From: Klebsormidium nitens
Taxonomy: Eukaryota; Plantae; Klebsormidiophyceae
Length of the DNA stretch: 64,000 nucleotides
Assembly: GCA_000708835.1 (NCBI GenBank)
Contig: DF237057.1
Coordinates: 1-64,000, forward strand
Direction of reading: 5' to 3'
Of the stretch, positions 11,698-23,900 are shown piece after piece. Made by a program: the position numbers and the translations under genes. Position 1 is the stretch's first letter; each line of letters starts with the position of its first letter. Below the pieces are notes generated by a model, which ran no database searches, was not told where the DNA came from, and saw only the letters and a list, made by a program, of their open reading frames with translations.

Positions 11698-12729
11698 TTG
11701 AAGAAAATGGCGTTGGCAAGTGCGATGCACCAAAAAGCTGGGGCATCAAGTTGTCCCTTGGCTGCAGTGCCGCGCCGCTTTGGTGGCGGCGCCACTCAAA
11801 TTTTCGTGCCCACGTCTGCTTTTCGGTTAGCGAGTGATGTGCTTTTTGAGTCCTTGCTTCTCAGAGAGGCACGTAGACAAGGGTTTCTGGGCACTAGACA
11901 AATTTTGAGGGTTGGAGTTAATGTTGGGGGAGGTGGGGTTGCAGGAAGCAAGTCTGGAGAACCTCGGGGTGATGGGCAGTCACATCAACAAAGCGCTCCT
12001 ATGCGGACCAATGTCACAAGCACTGTGGGTGGGACAGCTTCCGGGTTAGGGGAGAGTGATACCAGACCTTTCTTCAAGACTTGTAAACTGTGCGAGCATT
12101 CCAAGCCCGTCGAAGATTTTGAGGAAACAGTCACGAGCAGCGATGGGCGGTCTGACGGGTGCCGGGCATGCTTGGCAACCTTTAGGGCGAAGCGTGCGAG
12201 AAGAGAGTTGCATCATCTAGGTTTGAGCATAGATGAAGCGTGGATGTTAGCGAAGCCATGTAAGAAATTTGGTTTGGTGAAGGAACTACGCGACTTCAGC
12301 CGTAACGTCGCGAAGAAGGACCAGATAAATCAGTGGTGTCGGGCGTGCTTGGCAGCCGCGTATGCACGTCGGCGACGTTATGCCCCGACTGATCAGCCTC
12401 AGCAATGCAGTTCTTGCTTGGAGGTGAAAGGAGCGGACGAGTTCTACACAGACCAGAGCAGGAAAAATGGTCGGATGTCAGCGTGCATACTCTGTCATTC
12501 CAAGGAGGTAGCCAAGTGGAATGAAATGGTCAGGCAGGCTCCAATTCATATATGTAGAAAGACAAAGTTTTGCACTACTTGTGAGAAGGAGAAGACTTGT
12601 AGTGAGTTTACAGTGGCAAACCACACGATAGATGGGTTGGATAATTATTGCAAGTCTTGTAAAAAAGAGAAGAGGAGAACCTATTCTCATAAGCAGAAGC
12701 AGAAGCAGAGTGGGCAACAAAAGATGTGA
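11698..12729 (+). CDS. Intronless protein with four CxxC-x3-K-x3-F-x8-(D/N)G-x4-CxxC zinc-binding repeats and a possible organellar transit peptide
   Basis: 343-aa ORF; the first ATG is at 11707. Repeats: KTCKLCEHSKPVEDF...DGRSDGCRAC, KPCKKFGLVKELRDF...DQINQWCRAC, QQCSSCLEVKGADEF...NGRMSACILC, KFCTTCEKEKTCSEF...DGLDNYCKSC. The N-terminus is Ala/Ser/Arg-rich and poor in acidic residues. Confidence 0.8.
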   Translation: MKKMALASAMHQKAGASSCPLAAVPRRFGGGATQIFVPTSAFRLASDVLFESLLLREARRQGFLGTRQILRVGVNVGGGGVAGSKSGEPRGDGQSHQQSAPMRTNVTSTVGGTASGLGESDTRPFFKTCKLCEHSKPVEDFEETVTSSDGRSDGCRACLATFRAKRARRELHHLGLSIDEAWMLAKPCKKFGLVKELRDFSRNVAKKDQINQWCRACLAAAYARRRRYAPTDQPQQCSSCLEVKGADEFYTDQSRKNGRMSACILCHSKEVAKWNEMVRQAPIHICRKTKFCTTCEKEKTCSEFTVANHTIDGLDNYCKSCKKEKRRTYSHKQKQKQSGQQKM

Positions 12730-14929
12730 CATTGGAGGAACGATGGTGGTCCAATATGACGGCTCCGCTGCATTTGTGAAGTCTTGGATTTTGAAGTCGA
12801 GCAGCTCGTGTAGACCCGCTTCAATAACGGTCACATCAAGCAAGCACAGTAGGAACACAGAAATGATGGTTGTGTGTACTGTACTGTATTAGCCAAAGAC
12901 AGGGGCGCATTCAGACCTCTACTCTTGTATCCAAGTACTTTTCGCTACTGAGTTAGACCACTGGACAAACTCGACAAGCAGGCAAGAAGGAAGGGTGAGC
13001 CCATTGACGGTAGTGGGCCCCTGACGGTAGTGTGACGTTGCGCATGCTTTCTGTCAATGGTGTATGCTGCTGAGGTGAGTGTCCAAATCCATCCATGCAG
13101 TTGGTTGGCATCTTTAAGGCCTGCGCTGCAAAATTGCTGTGCAAATGGAGAGGCACAAGTTTGGATAGGCGCTTTAAGTTGGAGCAGGATCAGGAGAGTT
13201 GCTAGGTGGTTGGGCGCCCAAAGTCCCTTTCTGCTTTGAAGAGATCATGCACGATCTCGCTCACATCTGAAGTTAGGTTGTTATTCAGGTCCGCTTTTGC
13301 ACAGTTCCTTTGCTTCATCGGTGGAAAAGTCATCCTAAGGATTGACCAGTCAACCTGGTCATACAGATTATTTTGGCAATATATCATATTTTCGATGACT
13401 GAGTCTGGGACGCCCCTTTTCTTTTGTAGCAAGGGTGACATCTGTCATACATATTCAAATCACCTCGACTTTCTCTTCCACGGTTTTGCGAAGAGCTGCC
13501 CATATGAACCCTCGGATCCTGCTGTTTGCGACCACACTCACTGCTCAGCCTCTTCTGTGTCTGATACCACACACAAATAGTTAGGCCCAGCACAAAGACG
13601 CCTGCAAAAACGTAATCATTCATCACACTGTTTTCGTCAAACTGCCAGATACCTATTGCAAAGTTTGTCAAGGCGTGACCTACCCTTCAAATATGGCTGG
13701 CCGTTCTCGAAAATTGATGACTTCTTCCCTTCAAGTTGAATCACATAGTCTCGTTGTCTGCTGTCAGGTGCTGCCTTTTGAGAATGTCGAGATGATGCAA
13801 GAGGCATCATCGTCAACACCAGTCGGACTTCGCTGGTCAATGTTTGGTTGGTCGAGAAACAGAACGGGTCCTCTAACGTCTCATTGGCGAAAGAAAGGGA
13901 GGCATCAAAAGGACAGGACGCGCTGATATACATCTTGACGGGGGGTGACCAAGGTCTAAAAACGGCATGCTACAATGTAAATGTACGATCAAAATGATTA
14001 GCTGTATGTTATCACTGTATCACGTTTGCATGTGGAAACTTTGAAGGTACTGACTTCTTCAGTCTCTTGCATGAGCATGTGTTCTGATAGTGGCATATGG
14101 TATCATTAGCGCGGCGCAGTCCATGCAATGATGCTTGCAATCAATGTATACCGCAGTCCAATTGCATGCACTGAGCTGCCAAACGCAATCGCGTTTGATC
14201 ACCCATATGATACCACATTCATCAGATATACTCAATCATTCAGTGCCCATAATTTCATGCCGCCACAGCTAAAACGTGGAGATTCCAAATTTATGATTGA
14301 ACGCGATATATTAGTTGGCCGCCTCAGTAAGATTCAGCCGGATGGGAGGGCGGCATGGGGGCCGCCGACTCTGGTCGTATCGAATTTAGTACCCGGCCAA
14401 CTGGATATGCATTTTGACCGCAAATTATTAGTATTAAAGCTGTATCTAGATCTACGGCATGCGGACTATAATCATGCATGAGCTATCGGACTATGGCAGC
14501 TTCTGTCAGGGTATGCAATATGCACGCACCGCAATGGGCCCGGCCGATGAGTCCTGCACATGATCGACACAACTGAGCATTGACATGCCAGACGATCGCG
14601 GCCCCATGAGCCTGCGCCCTATAATGGAAACACTAGTACATTTGCGCTCATGGCCTTGCAATGATAGAGTCTCCATCATGATAAACCACGGAAGGCATAG
14701 TTAGTATCCGTGCTCAGCGCTCATCAAGCGAGACGGTCTTGCATGATCAGGCTGGAACGCCGCCCGACCGCTCTCGCATAATCCTTCGTTATCACATGCC
14801 TTTCTACAAGAGAACTTTGCGTGCAAGAAAGGTGCGCAGTTCAAGAACAGCCTCCAAAGAGGACACAATCATGCGCCAACGTACTCGTACTTCAAGGTGA
14901 TATAACTGACGCACACACACCCTTAGGTC

Positions 14930-17900
14930 TCAAGCCACCATTGACCGCAAATTTCCGGCTCCTCTTTCATTCCGTTTCCGGCCCCACCCGCGCCCCTCCC
15001 GCACAGCCTCCAAGTCAACTGCCACGGCGCCGCTGACCCGTATCTTCCGTTTGGGCTTGCCCAAGTTATCGGCTCCCCCCTTCAGTCTGTCCATCATTGC
15101 GTTCAACCTGCAAGACGGGAAAGAATCGAATCGCTCCTCGCTCTAGTTAGGCAAAAGCCACCTGCTGCGGAACGAGGCAGCTTTGCGGGAACGTTGTTTG
15201 GAAGTACGTGAAGAGGTGATGCAATCTGCCGGAAGCTTCGCAAGCACATAAATGAATTGACAGGAAAAGACATCTTCTCAGCGTTAATCTGGGGTCACAG
15301 GAGTGCAGCCTGGACCTTGATCGAATCACTACAATATCTCTTGACCCCTTTTGCCGTCGGTCGGAGAAGTTACTTCGCATTAAATGCATGATGCGTTTAC
15401 TTGCATGCTTTGCGGGATTATAGCTTTACGGTTCCAGCAGCATCCAATCTCCCATCCAACCTGGTTCTTCTCTGAAGTAAACTGGTTTCTTTTGTGACTC
15501 CCCTAACCCACCTCGTTTCTTTTGTGAGACGGTTGAAGAACGCCCGTTCCGCCGCCTCCCCCCGGCCGAGGCTCTCCTGGATCGGTGGCAAAGGCGGCTG
15601 GCCGAAGTTGGTCCTCGGGGGATTGTACCGGGTGAGCTTCAGTCCTTCAAGCAGGCGCTCTTGCTCAATGGGCTGACCCCGGGGCATCGCCCGGAGGACG
15701 CGCTTCTCTTCGCGGGCTTCGAGAGCGGACCTGAAGCGAAGTCGTAAAACGTTCCGTTACGGGCTACATATTTCAATTCATGGTTGGGGGTTTCAGGGTT
15801 TTTAAACGGTTCTTTGGGTATCAATCGCACTGTCTTCGGGAGGTAGTGGTTTAAGAAGGGGCGAGACACAGATTGCGCAGGCACGGAGTGGGTGGCCCGA
15901 GAAGAAAGAAGTTGGCAGAGCTTGGAAACGTACCGCTGCGGGCACCTTGCGGGTTGCAGAAGGCGCTTACTTGAGCGTTGATTATTAAGAGCGACTGGGC
16001 GAATAAATCAACGCTGACAGAACGTCGACTCGAATTTTAAAGAGAGAGCGGGACGGCACAACATGCGGAAGCGACCACAAAACGACAGACCAGCGAAAGT
16101 GAAGCGGAGAACCTGTTTTCACGTGCGTGTGGCGCTTGACTTGTTTCGAATAAAACCCGGTCACCGTCCTTCCACTGTTTTCAAGGCGAATTTCATACCG
16201 GAAAGCCTGCCCTCGGTAGACAGCAACGAAGGCAGATATTGGTTATCTACGTTGCTTGGCCTACACTTTTGAGTGGAAAACCAATGGGGGAAAAAAAGAG
16301 CCGCTAAGTCCCTCCAACTTTCTTAACGTTCATCGCCGACCCTAAAGACATATTCCTGCAACAAAGCCAACTGGAAGGAAGAAAGAGGACCACCAACAAG
16401 AGGCTTGCACCGCTCATTTGGACCCCTCTGAAGCGGCTTAAAGAGGGCATATGACTGGGGCGGGCGTCAGCGTCAGCACAGGTTACCGTTCAACATTAGT
16501 ACGCACTCGGGGACAGAGGCCGAGACGCTTGTCTTTCGGCGACAGAAGAGGAACCTGCTGAGCAGCCGCCCCTCTGTGACGTCATTCAGATGCGTCTAAA
16601 AACGCCTTTTCTAAGCTCACCTCCCTTCCACTCTTCCGAAGTCGAACCCGGGTGTGCGCGCGCGCATGGGCGCGTCGTCCAGGTGGTGCTCCATGAAGTG
16701 GCCCTCGCCATACAGCTCAATCGCGTCAGCGCGTGCGTCAGCCCACTCCCATCTGCAACACAAGATTGGTCACGACGTCAGCACCTTGCAACAAAGTCGA
16801 TTCCCCCTCGCTTAGTGACAGCAGCAGATTGCTCCAGTGCCGCCGGTTCAAGAGCGCCGTTCCACAATTCTGGAACAAGTCAAAAGAAAGGCTTCACTAA
16901 AGCAATTGTGACACGGATCCTTACCTGGGCCGGTCTCGGCTGAAGTCCACCTCCGGCGCCCGTTTTCTGACCGGTCCGAGTTCTAGCCTCAACAGCAGAT
17001 TGTTCCCCAATTCTGCCCGGTCTAAGACCTCCATTTCCCGGGCAGGCCAAAACGAAGGTAGTCAAGGAATGGTTAACTAAACCAGACGCTTACCTCGGTC
17101 GGTCTCGGCTGAAGTCCACCTCCGGCGCCCTTCTTCTAACCGGTCCGAGTTCCGGTCGCAGCAGCAGATTGTTCCCCAGTTCCGCCCGGTCCAAAAGCGC
17201 CACTTCTCCGGGGAGCCAGCGGTCCGACGCGCGTCCGAAGTCCGCAGCCGCGGCCGCGCGCCGCCGCGCCGCGTCGCCCGGCTCGGCGGCGTGGACGGCC
17301 AGGATGAGCTGGTCGCCTTCCATCGACGGCTCGTATGGATCTGCGACAAAGTCAATGGTTGAAGTTTGGAGTCCGCAAAGACTTTTCATTAAGGAATCAG
17401 TCATCAACCGGGAGATCCGCTCTTTTGTCTGAGGAGGTGGGGGGCAAATTGGGGGCACACCAAAAAGTTGTAGCAGACGGACGGAGGGGAGTGAGCTGGA
17501 CAATACCTGAAGATAGATCCAAGTTAGACTTGCCCCTTACAGACATACTCCTTAGAAGAAGGCCCTGACAAGGCTTGTAAGTGACATCTGAGTCGCCGAC
17601 AAAGACCCAGTTTGAACAGGTTCCCGGAGAACGTGAGTCTGAACCTTGTCGGTTGGCAGCTCCGCCGGATCGCCGTCGACTCTCCAGCCTCTTTATTAAT
17701 ACCTCAGCCGCTCAGACTCGTCAGAATCTTCTCATGTCCTACTGATACGCAAGCCATTGGAGATTCTTGATGAGAGCAGTTTTCAAATTGCGGAACATTT
17801 ACTCTATTCGACCGTACTCAGGAGTCTCGCCCAACTCACCCAGTATTGCGCGAGTCGGGCCTGAAACAAAGTCCACCGCCGGCGCTCTTCTTTCCCCAAC

Positions 17901-20900
17901 TCTAGTTACGTCGTAACAGCCGGCATCGAGGTCTCCAGCTCCGGTCGGTTGCGTTACGGTCTCGTGGCCCGTTTGTGCGGCCAGGCGGACGGACGGAACG
18001 GCGGGCCGGAATGCGGCATTGTTCGTATCGTAGTCGAGGTCCTGCGAATCAGAAAAGATGGGAAAGTAATGTTTAAAATAGCGAGTAAGATGCGACGTTT
18101 ACTTCGAGTCTCTGGTCCGAGCTCCGTCCGGCCTTCTGCTCTTGTGCGGGAAGGCGGACTGGCGGAATGGCTGGCCGGAGCGCGCATGTTCTCAGGCATA
18201 TGGCTGAAAGGACAAGGTAATCGGAGACTACAAGAAACAAAAGCGACTGACCTGCGACAAGCAGCTCTGTTTTTGTAAAAACAAGCTGGGCTTGTTACTG
18301 AGCAATTACAAACCCCCAACCTTCACTCGTACATAAGATCAAAGAAACACGTTCTGCCTTTGCTTCGTCACTCCAACCGTGGTCAAGCATCGCAAACTCC
18401 TTCGACGATTGAAACGCCCTCTCACCATGAAAAAAACCGCATAGGTCGAGATAGAGCAATGGCAAGTTGCATAGGCACTCACCGTAAACCGCTCGCGCTG
18501 CTCCTCCCGCCGCCCGACCATTTTGTCCATGTCGGACAGCGTCCAATGATGCGGACGCACTAGCCCGTCCGATACTGCCAACTCCGGTTGGTCATCCCAC
18601 GCGTTTCTCGGACCATTTGCCACGTGTCCCCTATATCTCTCAAACCCTGGAACCCTGACCGTTGCCCTGACGGCCTCGTCCGAGAGAGGGTACTCGCCTA
18701 ACCCGGCCGCTAACCGCTCCCCGTCCGGTAAACCGGTCTCCGTAATCCGGTTTCGCGCCTGCATGCGGCTCATGTCGACGCCGTCCAATGGCCGCCGCTT
18801 GGTTAGGGTCAGGTTAGGCTCGTAGTAACCCACTTCCGGACCGGGAAGCTCCCGGTGCAGCCCCTCCGATGGAACTGGGTTAATGATAACCGAGGGTGCT
18901 GAGGGCTTAACCGCGTCCCACCCGGCATCAACATCTAGAAGCAACCGGTCGCCCTCTAACCGTTTCCTAACACGCTTTGCTAACTCCCTCCCTTTAGCCA
19001 ATGCAAAATCGACAGTTGTCGCATCCAATCCGATCGGTCGGCCCATGTCATACGCGCCCACATCTGGACCGTCCGATGAGCCGTGGTCGTCGATCCAACG
19101 GTTCGGATGTGCGCTCATGTGTACTGTGGGCACGTGTGGTTTCAACGGCAGGTCTGCGTCCGGATCCAAGAATCTGGTCCGCCGGTTCGGACCGTCCGCA
19201 CTTTGCGGGCGTCCGGTTTGTCTGTCAATTGGAACCATTTGAGGCGGCCTGCACAATAAAGAAGGGATCAAGTTTGTCGTTGCTCAAGAAGTTTTGACAG
19301 GGCACAACAGAGAATAAAATCGAAGAGATTGTTGCTCCTTTATTGCTTCCAGCCGGTTCTTTGTAGCTCCCTTGTTGTTTATGTCAAACAGGAGCACTTC
19401 TCAAGGTCACGTAGAATCTCAGAGAAAGTCAAGAGACTCGAAGGAGGCGCTGCTTGAGAAGGACTACTATTTGAAGGATACTGGCTCCGACTTTCTGCTT
19501 CGTTGTCATTCCGGTTCGCTATGCAATCCGTAAGTCTTTTCGAATCGAAGAAACGGCAGAAGAACGATCCTAGTGAGCCGCTCAGACAGTGATCTAAGCT
19601 GCGACCTGACGAGCTTTCCGAAGCCTTTGTACGAAGCGGTACAGGAAAACGAAGAACCTGGCATGGATTGGCCAAAACGAACAGAGTAGGATAAAGAACA
19701 AGGCTGGATTGGTAGGCAATTTGAACCTAATTTGAAGTTTCTCAAGGCGGACGCCGGGAATTTACGTGAAACCAGGGCTTCGAACTAGCAAGGCAAAAAA
19801 CTCACAACAGCCAAAAGCAAGCTCGAGGTTCTCCGGCCCCCTGCGAAAACCGTTCTTTCCAAAGCACTTTTTTCCTCACTCCCTCACCTCCATCTCGTCG
19901 CTTCTAAGCCTCCATCAACGTCCAATTCCATTCCATACCCGTCCCCCTCGCTGACGTCACCCCCGAGCCTCCGCTCGCTTCCGTGCCCAAAGTCCGCCAC
20001 CCTAGTTGCCGCCTCGACCAACTCAAAGTGCACCGAGTAGTCCCGCCGGTCCACGTCACGCGCTGTGACGTCAGCGTGACGTCGGCCGGTTTGGGCGTCG
20101 AAGCCGAGCGCGAGCCCGGTGCGGCGCTTGACGAACGAGATGCGGACGTCCAGCGGGCGGCGGCCGTCCCAGGTGCGCCGGACGGGGAGCGATGCGGACA
20201 CCTGGGGCAGAAAGAAACGTTCAAATAGAGGACGGCACCCAAATACCGTACCTGTATTTGATTTCGGCACCTTCGACCCCGATTGATCAACCATGCAACT
20301 TTTGTTCTTTTCGGCAGACGTGTAGTTACCTGCTAGTATAGCCAATTGTGAACCGCTATCGCTGCAAAAAATTCCGGAACTTTCGGCAGGCCAGATAACT
20401 AAAACCTTTGCCGAAATCAAGCACAGGTACGGTAGCCGCTCAGAAAACACCATGCTTTGGTTTTCAGTATTCACGAAATGCTTAATTGATCGTAAGCATC
20501 TTTTTCATAACTTCAAATATTGAAACGATCTTTGGTAAACACCTCTACGAGTACCCACCATTGGCTGAGAGTCTCCTGCGACAAAACAGTTCGTTCCGCT
20601 TTCCGCGGAACGGAACGCGTCTTATGAGCGAGCACGCATTCCTCACCGGAACGAAACTCCAGGCCGGCGGCCGCGGCCGCGTCAGTCGGACCGCCGCGGA
20701 CAGCTCCTCCAGGGCCGTCCGGATGCCGTCAGCTGACGTCAGCGAAGCGTCAGCCCACCGCCGCGCCATCGCGCCGAAGGCGGCGCTGGGCACGTGCCGT
20801 TGGAGGTGCCTGCGCGCGCGTAAGTGGAACATCGGAGGGTGCGACTGCGGCGTTCGTCAGCGTTTTGCTAATGTCAAGCGTTGTTCGACCCTTTCTCCAA

Positions 20901-23900
20901 AGTTACTGTTTTGAATGAGAAAGCGAAAAAGCATTAGCCTATCTGCGGAGCACTCTGGGAGTCGCTTAATCCACACCAGGCCCAAATCGGAAGATGTGAC
21001 TTCAAAAGGCTTGACTTATGGAAAAAGTTGGCTCGTCGATTTTGTCGTGTTATTTTGTCAGCGCTCTGAGGGCCTTGTTACGTAGGAGTAAGTCAGTAGG
21101 ATGTAAATATGACAAACCGCTTTTGAGTATCGAGTCAACGCTTGCAAGACTCAGTGCTACTGTGCTCAGATTGAATAGCAGAAGTTCTTGAACATTCAAA
21201 GCATTGACAAACCTTTGCTCGTGCTTCTCCAGTCTCCATTACCAGATGAGTTTACTTCTGCGGACTGGCTAATAGCTGAGGATTCTTTTTCTAAATTTCA
21301 CTCCGCTAACAATCCCGCGTCTCCAGAAAATGCCACGTCTCTCGTCCCGACCATCAGACGTGGCAAATGTCCGAAAGAAAAGTGAGGGACAGCCGTATAC
21401 GTACAGGTAGTGCCAGCATGGCCAAAACCACAGTCTGAAGCATACATATCAAAGTCAACCGTCGAAGCAATCGGTACGTTGATTAGCGTTGCGCATTCCT
21501 TTTCTTACCGCCACGCCTGAGCCAGTGCGTATTGCCCCGGCCCCGGTTGCTTCGCCCGTCTCAGTCGCACCGTCACGCTTTCCTCCTTGCCAACCCGTCC
21601 GGTAGCCCGTCCGAACTCGAGCGCTCCCTCCGTCCGAGGCCGTACGAGCGTTTCATTTGGGGTCAACTGTCGCAGGGGTCTGGTTTGCGGCTTTGCGGGA
21701 GACCCCTGATTCGTAGGCGGGGAGAACTTCCATGCGGGGTGACGCGGGAAGAGGGGAGCTGGCAAAGAGGTCGGGAATACAAATAAAAACGCGAGACGAA
21801 TCGTGCATTGAAATTTTAGTGCGATCTTGGATCAAAATTGTGGTGTTTCTGGATGCCACATTTCTAACCTGGTCCGACAGGACTGTTCAAACGACATGGC
21901 ATGGCAGGAAACGTACAGATCGAGAAGAAGAGACTAAAAAGGTGAGTCTGTAAGTAAGATCAATAGTAAACAACTCCGTAAAGCAGATACCAATCACGTA
22001 GAGTGCGTCTTGTATCACGAAGACTTGAAATGATTACCCACCTTGCGCGAAGGAGTGATTGGAATCAAGGCCAGAAACCGGACCTGCTGACGTCATACCG
22101 ACCCCGTGCCAGTGGAAGCAAGGAGAAGCCGGGAACTAACATTGCTGACGTCACTTTGAGCGCTGCGCGCAACTCACTGGGGTCTGGAGACGGGAGCACC
22201 CCTCGGGGTGTATCCATCGGGGAGGCGGTTCCCAGGCTGGAAGCCGCCGAGCGTGACGTCAGCAGCTGCGAGTTTTCCGGACTGAGGGGCTTCGGACGGT
22301 CCGCACCGGCCGGCTTCTTGTATGGAAGGGCGCCCTTGACGCGTGGCTCCAGGGCGCGGTAGTTTGGCTCCAGCTGAGCGGAAGGATTTGGGTTGAGTCA
22401 AGGTCTAAGGTCTAGTGTAAAGTCTACATAAGCGGTTGGATGTATTTAACGGTTGAGAGGTTCTGAGATGAATCTTTTAAGGCGTTTTAAGCTGAGCACG
22501 TATCTTACTCAGCAAGCTCGTCATCAAGATTGTTTCCATCTCCTGCCTTCGTTCGCTCCCAAAAGACACGCGTCGGTTCCATCTGTGAGCAGCATAGATG
22601 TCAGGACTCCCCAAGCCAAATTCTCTTCGACACAATGAGGTACAAGGCATACGTTTGCTCAACAAGAGAGTGATCCGCACCAATTAAAATCCTGCAAACA
22701 GCATACCTCTATTCTCGTTTGATTCTCTTTGTCGTCCTCCTCCACAAACCGGGGCGGCCCTGATCCAAACCCGACGACCCCCTTGACCCGCTTGCTGACC
22801 GCGCCCAGCGCCCGGGTTAAGTCCAGGGTTAGCAGCTGACCCTCCTCCGTCCTCCTTGCTCTACCCGGCTCTTCGCGTGAAACCATGGTAGCAAACCCGA
22901 CAGCGGGGACCCGTTTCTGAACCGGTTTCAAGTCTACGTCGTAGAAACCTGGCCCCAGTGTGCTCTTTTCCTCGCCAATCTCGTTAGTTCCTTCACTCTT
23001 TTCTTCTGATAAGACCAAGCGCGTTTCTCCGAAACAGTCCACATTCGCACCCGACTTTCGACAAAGGCTGTCCAAAACGCTGCGCTCAGCGGCCTGCCGA
23101 ACGCCGTCATTAGAATCAGTACCGCAGCCCCGCCGTTTCTTCCCCCGGCCGCTGACCGGTTTTCCGAAAGACGTCCCCGGGACCCTCTTATGCACGAGCT
23201 TATACTCTGGCTCGTAAACCATATCCGTAGTGGGCATCGATTGCGTAACCAGTTCTTCAATATTGGTTCTCCGGGGGGGCGCTTTAGCAAACGGCGGAGC
23301 AAGTTTCGGGTTCAAGGTTTGCGCCTGCTTAGGGTTTGGGTTTGCTTCAGTGAGCACTATCTTGCCACCCGCCTCAGCAGATTCTGTAGACGCCGTCGAA
23401 ACTGCAGAGATAGGCAAAGCTCTCGTCAGCTGCAGATGACGTCAGCCACTATTGGAGTCAGGTTCAGATGAGCCGATGAAGGCATCAAGCTGGAGGTCCA
23501 ACACTTGCAAGGTCGACATCCACAGAAATTCGTGGAACGGACTTCAAATAGCAAGCAGTGTATCGCAAAATATTGATGACGTATACACAAATACACTCCA
23601 GCTCAATCAGGAGCTTCGATGGAGACAGCAGCGAGACCGCTGTGAGTATATTCCTCGCATGCAGCCTGCCAGTCGTCTCTTAAAGCGGCTGTTGTGGTGG
23701 AGTCTTTAGGGAAGCACACATACCTTCAGGAAACCTTGGAGTCCTTGAGAACGTGAACGCTGCTTTCTTCGGACGCACGATCGCGTCCCCCTTCTCCAAT
23801 CCATCTCGTCCGTCCTCTTGCGGAACCCCTCCGTTATCCAAACCCCGCCCACAAACCTTTTCTCGTTCGCTTTGGTTTCCCAAACCATCTTCGTCAGCCA

